Assembly (NCBI GenBank): GCA_918797485.1
Contig: CAKKNE010000003.1
Location: forward strand, 2,046,001 to 2,110,000
Direction: 5' to 3'
DNA: 64,000 nucleotides
Source: Pelagomonas calceolata
Lineage: Eukaryota
Positions 57,934 through 64,000 of the stretch are shown one piece after another. The notes beneath the pieces are model-generated. The model was not told the DNA's origin and ran no database searches. It saw only the letters and a program-made list of their open reading frames with translations. Both the position numbers and the translations under genes were made by a program. Position 1 is the first letter of the stretch; every line of letters begins with the position of its first letter.

Positions 57934-58917
57934 ATGTCCGCCCACGACTTCCGCACGTGGCAGACCGCCGGCGAGGACAACAAGGCCAGCGCGCAGAGCA
58001 ACAAGCGCGCCGTGGACTCGGACAAGGGCCCGTACGCGCCGCCGCCCCCGGCACAGGAGCAACCTTTGATGTACCTCCCCGGCGCCGACGACCCCTTCGA
58101 CCCCGAGGAGTGCAAGGCGCGAGCGCTGGGCCTCATGGCGCACTTCCGGGGGACGCCCCTCGAGAAGCCGATGAGGCTCGACGAGATCCGCGCGAAGCTC
58201 GGGCAGAAGCCGCCGAGTGAGGACTACATGGATATGGAGTTCGATGCGGGGGCGCCAGCACCTGCACAAAAGGCGGACGACGAGGCATCGAGGCGACAGC
58301 GCGGCCTCGAGACGCCCCTCGACGCGTCGAACAAGGGCTTCGAGATGCTCCGGAAGATGGGTTATGAAGGAGGCGGCCTCGGCAGGGACGGCGCCGGCAT
58401 CGAGGCGCCGTTAGCGACAGAAACAAGGAAGCCGCGCGACACGCAGGGCGTCGGCATCCCGCAGGCGGCGCGGCGCGCGCAGCTCTCCTGGGAGGCCGCG
58501 CGGCGCCACGTCGAACAACGGGAGCGGGCGGACTTCGCGCAGCACAACCAGCGCCGGTTCTCGGACCGCGCGTGCCTGAAGGCGTCGCGGCGCGCGCGCT
58601 CGGCCTGCCGGGACCTCGACGAGCGCCAGGGGCTGCGGTGGACGCCCATCTGGCCGAGCGACGAGGCGCACCCGCAGCGGTCCTTCGCCGACGCGTCCGG
58701 CGCCGTCTACGCGCAGCCCGGCACCTACCTGGAGACGGGCCAGAACGACGGCATCGGCGGCCTCGACGAGGAGGCGCCGGAGGTCGCGCTGCGCACGGCC
58801 GTCGCCTACCTCCGCGACTGCCACGGCTACTGCCTCGTGCACGGGTGCACGCTCGACGACGGCTCGCCGGACCTCGAGGCCGAGCTCGCGGAGCTCGTCG
58901 ACGACGCCGAGGACTAA
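57934..58917 (+). CDS. G-patch domain protein (GPATCH11-like)
   Basis: SNKGFEMLRKMGYEGGGLGRDGAGIEAP. C-terminal YLRDCHGYCLVHG resembles the GPATCH11 C-terminal motif. Confidence 0.8.
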   Translation: MSAHDFRTWQTAGEDNKASAQSNKRAVDSDKGPYAPPPPAQEQPLMYLPGADDPFDPEECKARALGLMAHFRGTPLEKPMRLDEIRAKLGQKPPSEDYMDMEFDAGAPAPAQKADDEASRRQRGLETPLDASNKGFEMLRKMGYEGGGLGRDGAGIEAPLATETRKPRDTQGVGIPQAARRAQLSWEAARRHVEQRERADFAQHNQRRFSDRACLKASRRARSACRDLDERQGLRWTPIWPSDEAHPQRSFADASGAVYAQPGTYLETGQNDGIGGLDEEAPEVALRTAVAYLRDCHGYCLVHGCTLDDGSPDLEAELAELVDDAED

Positions 58918-58918
58918 G

Positions 58919-59314
58919 TCATGTTACATTACTGTCTGGCATGACGGTCCAGGGCCCGATGGCGCTGTCCGGGACGAGCGGGTCCAGCGGCGGCGGCGCG
59001 GGTGCGGGCGCCAGCAGCGACAGCGGCGCGGCCACGGGCGCCGGCGGCGCCGACCGTGGCGCGGCCGCGGGCGCCAGCGGTGCCAAGAGCGGCGCGGCGC
59101 CGAGCGGCGACAGCGCCGGTGGCGCCGGCGCCGGAGCGGGCGCGGCGGCGCGGCCCTCGCGCGCCGCCTTCTCGCGGCGCGCGGCGATGACGCGCGCCCG
59201 CGCCGACGGGCGGCTGTGCTTGACGACGACCGGACCTTGCTGCGGCTTGGCGCCGGCGGCCTTGCGCAGGTCCTTGATCGTGTTCTGCGACTTTGGACCT
59301 TGGGCTTTGCCCAT
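58919..59314 (-). CDS. Small basic, Ala/Pro-rich hypothetical protein
   Basis: ORF MGKAQGPKSQNTIKDLRK... with coding-like codon use, convergent with the G-patch gene. No recognisable domain. Confidence 0.45.
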   Translation of the reverse strand: MGKAQGPKSQNTIKDLRKAAGAKPQQGPVVVKHSRPSARARVIAARREKAAREGRAAAPAPAPAPPALSPLGAAPLLAPLAPAAAPRSAPPAPVAAPLSLLAPAPAPPPLDPLVPDSAIGPWTVMPDSNVT

Positions 59315-59782
59315 GATGAGTGATTTCTCACGTGAGTGGTGTAGTGCCAGCCACGAGCTCGTCCGTCTTCGTCGTGAGATAGCTAAGTTGCTGCGTCTGG
59401 CTAAGGTATGCGTGATGGACCCAGCCCACCACAAGAGATAGCTCTACGCAGCTGCAGCGTAACGCCAGCGGGCCAAAAAATACTACTACGCGTGCTATTG
59501 ATAATAAGCTGCGTGTAACGACTCTCTACGTGTTATGTGGCCGTCTTTTGCGGCCGTAAATGGCTCCAGAGCAAATGCGCTGCGTCGCTAAATTGCGAAG
59601 GTAAACGGGTTTTCAAAGTCTGCGTGCGGGTACCTCTCGCGACCCCTCGTACAAGGTAGGACAGCTACCGAGCCGTTCAGGCACGCGTAACGCATCCCAA
59701 GCCAGGCTGCCCATGGGCCATCGTTGCTCGCGGCGCTGCGCGAAGCAACGCTGGAAGGGCTGCCCAAGCATGCGCACCTAGG

Positions 59783-62700
59783 ATGGCGCTCCTGCAATGG
59801 GGCCCCGACATCACGGGAGGCAGGCGCTTCCACATCGAGGACCCGAACCATGAGTACCAAGAAGTAAGACGAGCTTTGCACTTCGACCGCGGCTGGGCGC
59901 GCGTGGGAAAGAAGGAGGACTGCGAGTTAAGATGGACGTTAGATGAGAGAGCGATCGACTTCGACAAGCTGCGCGACGCGCAGATGGTCAATCATTATAG
60001 AGACATTCGCTGCCTCACCACTAAAGCGGGCCTCACGCGGACGCTCGACGAGGAGCTCAAGTGGACCGCTTCTGCAGAGTCGTCAGAGTTCTTTCCTCGG
60101 TCGTATGCGCTGGATGATGATGCGAACCGAGCAGCTTTTGTGCAAGACTTTCGGAGGACGGCTTGTTGTGCAGCTCTTAAGGCGTTTGTCAGTGGCCTGC
60201 CGGCTCTGAAAAAAGAACTTACCGTTTGTCTGAGGGTGTGCCAGGCCTGGGCCCATGACCTAGGTGATACTGATTATCCGGGAGACGACTTGAGTGACAT
60301 AGTCTGGGATACGCTCCTCGCGTATACCTATAAGTGTACCTCGAAGCAAAAGGCCTCGACGCCATCCCTGTCAGGATCAGCAACGAAGCTTGTAGAGGTG
60401 GAGGACCCGATCCTAAAACAAGCTTGTCATAGAGTCCTAGCATCACTCAAGGCGAGGCATGGACAGTTCTCGATGGACGGCAGCAGAAACATCTGGCTGA
60501 CCAAGGCGCCGGAAGCTTGTAGGGGTGTAGGCATCTCCTTACACCGAAAGCTCGAGGAGATCCTGGAGGTGGCCGATAGATTTCCGGGGCGCGTGGCGCA
60601 AAAATACGTTGAGAATAGTAAGTTATGGGATAAGCGGAAGTTCGATTTGCGGTGCTGGGTGTTACTAACGGGCGGCGGTGCGTCCGACTTCGACGCCTAT
60701 ATTTATGAACCGTTGTACGCGCGGCTGTGTGCTAAAGCTTGGTCGCTCGACGATCATTTGCTCTTGGACGAGAAGCGCCATTTGTCGAACCTCGCCGTGA
60801 ACAAAGGGAGTGCGGACAACTTACTCGGGACGCAGAGTGACCTTGAGTCCATGGTCGATTTCGAGAAGGTGAAAAGAGGTATCCGTAAAATTGTGAAAGC
60901 GTTGGCTCGAACAGCACACCAGTTAGCAAGTACACGGTCGCGGTCGTTCGAGTTTCTGGGCGTCGACATCATTCTGGATGAGGCCGCGAAGCCGTGGTTA
61001 TTAGAGTGCAATTTATCCCCAGCACTCGCGCGACGGAACGACGCGCAGTCGCGATTGATCGACAGCGCGTTACGAGGGTGTATTAAGCGTACGATTGATC
61101 GATGGTGCCCGGAGACCGCGCCGCCTCCCCGGGACGACGGCTGGCGCCATCTACTAACCATCGAGCCGGCGCCGAAATTGCCAAAACGGAACCGTGCCCT
61201 CCACCTGAATGTCGACGCGACGGCGTTAGATCGGTCCTCTCTCGTGAAGATGGACCGGGGATCGAGCTGGTTATCGGCCTACGCCGTCCTCAGGGCGTGG
61301 TGGCCCTTTGCTATGTTGAGGCGGCGCGCGCTCGTGGTCCGCCGCGGCGTCGCGGCGTTGTTCATTCAGTCAACGGTGAGGCGGTGGCGGGCCGTGTGCG
61401 AGTTAAGGAGGCGACAGATGGCGCGACGGCGCTTCCTCGGCGCGATGCAGGCGCTCATCGCCGGTATAACAAGAAGGCGCCTCGCGTTCACGCGGTTCCG
61501 GCGCCTCCGGGCCGCCGCGTCTCTTTGCAGTCGCGTCGCGGCGCCGCGCTTCTACGTGCGGTTGTATGCGCGGCGGCTGCGGGCGGCGCGCGTCGCGTAT
61601 GATGTCGCGTGCGACGCGGCCGCCGCGACCGACACGACGCCAGCTATCAATGCCGCGGCCCGCGCAGCCGCCGCCGTCGCCGTTTGGCAGGCGGCGCGCG
61701 AATCCGCGGCGCGGCCGCTCCGCAACATGATGATGAAGGCGCTGTGCCGGCGCCGCGTCGCGCGGGCCTTTCATATGCAACGCCGCGAGCGCCACCGGCG
61801 CGCGGCGACGCGGCTCCAGACTTGCTGGAGACGGAGCCGCGCCAGGAGACGCTTCCTTCGCAACCGCGCCGCGGCGCGCCTCGCGCGCTTCACGCAAACA
61901 AGGTACCGGGGCGCCGTCGGCCACGCGGCATTCATGACGGTGCGGAACGGCGCCGCGGCGTTGCGCCTGCAGACGGCGATGCGATTCAGGAGGGCGCAGT
62001 TCATCTGTCAACGGCGCCGAGCTTTGAGAATAGAACGAGCTCGCGTCGCGCGGGAGTTGAGGGCAGTTCTCCGACTGCAGGCAATGGCTCACAAACGGCG
62101 CCGCTACGTGCGAGCACGAGCAAGAGCTCTCCATGAATCCGAGGTGAGGGCCTCGACAAAGCTACAGGCCCATCGACGCCGTCTGAAGGCCCTTGATAAA
62201 GTAAGGACGCTCCGCGCGCGAATATATATAGTGACGTGGTCGCAGAGGCGCTACCGCGGTTCTATTGGGCGTTGTGAAGGCGCTCTTTACTACATAGTGC
62301 GCTGGTGTCAACGAACCTACCGGGGCCGGCGCGGCCGCGCTATTTACGCCCTCCGCCGGAGGCTCAAGAGAAAACACGACGCGCGCGTCGCGACCGCTAT
62401 ATATCTACAGAAGCGGTGGCGCGGGCGGACGGGCCGCGAGTTTTACAGGAGGAAGCGCTCAGCAAAATTACTCGTGGACTTCGTGCGGCGCGGGCTCTGG
62501 GAGAAGCTCCAGGACCGCGCGTTCGGCGGCCGGCCGCTGCCTCGTATGAAGCGGAGCGGCCCGGGCAGCCGATCGGGCGAGCCCTACGCGCTGCCTCCTT
62601 CAGAACCGGTCGACGAGCCGACGGCCGAGACGGCGTCGGTGCGCACCGACGACGGCGAGGAGATGGTCGCCGTGCGCAGCGACGACTCGGACGAGGAGTT

Positions 62701-62860
62701 TATACAGTACCTCAAGAGGTTCGAGGACCCGGGCGCCTTCATCGACTTCCACACCATCGGCCAGCCCGCCTGGAAGCTCGGCGAGCCGCCCAAGAAGCGC
62801 AAGGGGAAGAGGAAGAAGAAGCAGGTCGATGGCTTCATCAACGTGCCCTGGAATTTATAA
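59783..62860 (+). CDS. Tubulin-tyrosine-ligase-like enzyme (TTLL3/8 glycylase-like) with an IQ-rich basic C-terminus
   Basis: NHY...LTTKAGL, FFPRSY, FVQDFRRTAC, MDGSRNIWLTK, VAQKYVE, KFDLRCWVL and FEFLGVD...PWLLECNLSP. Confidence 0.85.
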   Translation: MALLQWGPDITGGRRFHIEDPNHEYQEVRRALHFDRGWARVGKKEDCELRWTLDERAIDFDKLRDAQMVNHYRDIRCLTTKAGLTRTLDEELKWTASAESSEFFPRSYALDDDANRAAFVQDFRRTACCAALKAFVSGLPALKKELTVCLRVCQAWAHDLGDTDYPGDDLSDIVWDTLLAYTYKCTSKQKASTPSLSGSATKLVEVEDPILKQACHRVLASLKARHGQFSMDGSRNIWLTKAPEACRGVGISLHRKLEEILEVADRFPGRVAQKYVENSKLWDKRKFDLRCWVLLTGGGASDFDAYIYEPLYARLCAKAWSLDDHLLLDEKRHLSNLAVNKGSADNLLGTQSDLESMVDFEKVKRGIRKIVKALARTAHQLASTRSRSFEFLGVDIILDEAAKPWLLECNLSPALARRNDAQSRLIDSALRGCIKRTIDRWCPETAPPPRDDGWRHLLTIEPAPKLPKRNRALHLNVDATALDRSSLVKMDRGSSWLSAYAVLRAWWPFAMLRRRALVVRRGVAALFIQSTVRRWRAVCELRRRQMARRRFLGAMQALIAGITRRRLAFTRFRRLRAAASLCSRVAAPRFYVRLYARRLRAARVAYDVACDAAAATDTTPAINAAARAAAAVAVWQAARESAARPLRNMMMKALCRRRVARAFHMQRRERHRRAATRLQTCWRRSRARRRFLRNRAAARLARFTQTRYRGAVGHAAFMTVRNGAAALRLQTAMRFRRAQFICQRRRALRIERARVARELRAVLRLQAMAHKRRRYVRARARALHESEVRASTKLQAHRRRLKALDKVRTLRARIYIVTWSQRRYRGSIGRCEGALYYIVRWCQRTYRGRRGRAIYALRRRLKRKHDARVATAIYLQKRWRGRTGREFYRRKRSAKLLVDFVRRGLWEKLQDRAFGGRPLPRMKRSGPGSRSGEPYALPPSEPVDEPTAETASVRTDDGEEMVAVRSDDSDEEFIQYLKRFEDPGAFIDFHTIGQPAWKLGEPPKKRKGKRKKKQVDGFINVPWNL

Positions 62861-62869
62861 CTACATGTA

Positions 62870-64000
62870 TTAGTCTGGATTATATAACGACATCTCGTTG
62901 CGCTTTTCTTTGGTTGTGTAGAACTCCAGGCCCGGCTTCTTCAGGAAGGGGTACTCTTGACTATCAACCAATCCAGGTTCGCCCGCCGCGAACTGGTCGT
63001 CGACCCTTGCTAATTTCTTGGCACCTCTACGAGGCAAAGGCGCCCGTCTTTGCTGCGTCGCCTTCGCCTCGGTCTCGCCGCTCTGGCGTTTCTCGTCCAT
63101 TTTTGTGAGTTTGATGGAATGCAACTGCTCGTTCGTCCAGATCGCTCTCAACGGCAGAGGTAATGCGATCTTCTGCTCCGGCGCGACGGTGCGATCCTCG
63201 AGTCTTGTCACGACGTCCTGCACGAGCGTGTACATATTGGCTCTTTTAGTCCTTTCAACATTGGCCGGCACGTTCAGCATGCTCCCGATGGCCCAGACGG
63301 CCTGCTGGCGCACTTCCCGGTCGTCCTTGTAGTCCTCGTAGACCTGTTTTAGGGCTGATAGAGCTTGGGCTTTGCCCAACTCTGAAGACAGACTAAGTTT
63401 GCGACACATCGTCTGGACGGCGACGCAGCCCTTCCACGAGACGTTATAGGCTTCCGGGTGGGCCTCTATCGCCAGAACGACGCACTTCGCCGCTCTGTCT
63501 TGGAGTAGAGCGCCGCCGTCGTCGTGGTCGGAAGCGAACTCTATGATTGCCTCGAGGCCGAATTCCTGGACCCCTTCATCTTTGAGATGTTCGCGCATGT
63601 GGTTCAGGACTCTTTTGACCAATGCAGATATATCAGCAGACCCTTTCTTCTTATGGACCATCGCGTCCTTCCTCGAGTAGCCTAACCCAGCATCGCGCTG
63701 GAAGGGATTGACCAACTGCCCCAACCGCTTCGCCGAGTCCATGTCCATGTTGTTCACGGCGCAGAACTTGCAGATGCGGATTTCTTTACATGCTAGCGCT
63801 CCCGCTCTAGTTTGTAGCATCTTCATCAATTCCTTCGCGGACTTTTGGAGCTCGAGGTCGTCCTGGTGCAGACCCTTCAATCGCTCCGCTAATTTCAAGC
63901 CACCCAGCTCCAGCAGTTGGTCCGCTTCACTATCGGTCGGCGACTTCCGCACGATCCACATGAGCGCTTTCGCGCACCTGCGCGGAGCATCGCGGTCGCT
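62870..64000 (-). CDS. Armadillo-type repeat protein, 5'-partial
   Basis: ARM-like units (MREHLKDEGVQEFGLEAI; YKDDREVRQQAVWAIGSM). Frame stays open toward the window edge. Confidence 0.65.
   Translation of the reverse strand, partial: SDRDAPRRCAKALMWIVRKSPTDSEADQLLELGGLKLAERLKGLHQDDLELQKSAKELMKMLQTRAGALACKEIRICKFCAVNNMDMDSAKRLGQLVNPFQRDAGLGYSRKDAMVHKKKGSADISALVKRVLNHMREHLKDEGVQEFGLEAIIEFASDHDDGGALLQDRAAKCVVLAIEAHPEAYNVSWKGCVAVQTMCRKLSLSSELGKAQALSALKQVYEDYKDDREVRQQAVWAIGSMLNVPANVERTKRANMYTLVQDVVTRLEDRTVAPEQKIALPLPLRAIWTNEQLHSIKLTKMDEKRQSGETEAKATQQRRAPLPRRGAKKLARVDDQFAAGEPGLVDSQEYPFLKKPGLEFYTTKEKRNEMSLYNPD

Noticed and set aside
2728..58917. Functional clustering of splicing genes (CLK, SART3-like, DIM1, CWF19L1-like, G-patch)
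   Set aside because: Interspersed with unrelated genes; cannot be distinguished from chance without genome-wide statistics.

Overview
Gene-dense, GC-rich eukaryotic nuclear DNA with few, short spliceosomal introns. It is most likely a pelagophyte alga (Pelagomonas/Aureococcus-like). This is inferred from a nuclear cbbX with a bipartite plastid-targeting leader, TIR-type introner introns and flagellar genes. About 28 protein-coding genes are supported; no rRNA, tRNA or CRISPR array was seen. Housekeeping genes include cbbX, 6-phosphogluconolactonase, CLK/LAMMER kinase, SART3/Prp24-like, RABL2, cytochrome b5 reductase, PITH, DIM1, COX6B, CWF19L1-like, CobW, G-patch and a TTLL glycylase. Highlights: (1) an NLR-like NACHT-WD40 STAND protein with an N-myristoylation-type start and a RelA/SpoT-type nucleotide-synthetase domain inserted inside its NOD module (48532-53004); (2) a ~2800-aa chromatin-type protein joining an AlkB-like 2OG-Fe(II) dioxygenase to MBD-like, Tudor, AP2 and Zn-finger repeats (30016-38624); (3) a 22-bp dyad motif CTAGCGGCATGTAAGACACTAG, with 11 copies including degenerate ones, all upstream of start codons; (4) a very GC-rich enzyme island (adenylate-forming ligase, GT2, two AKR-PhyH fusions) bracketed by long hairpins, next to an ATP-grasp gene lying between two near-identical, domain-swapped paralogs; (5) two introner elements with TIRs and TSDs. 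All domain calls come from motif recognition by eye, not database searches.
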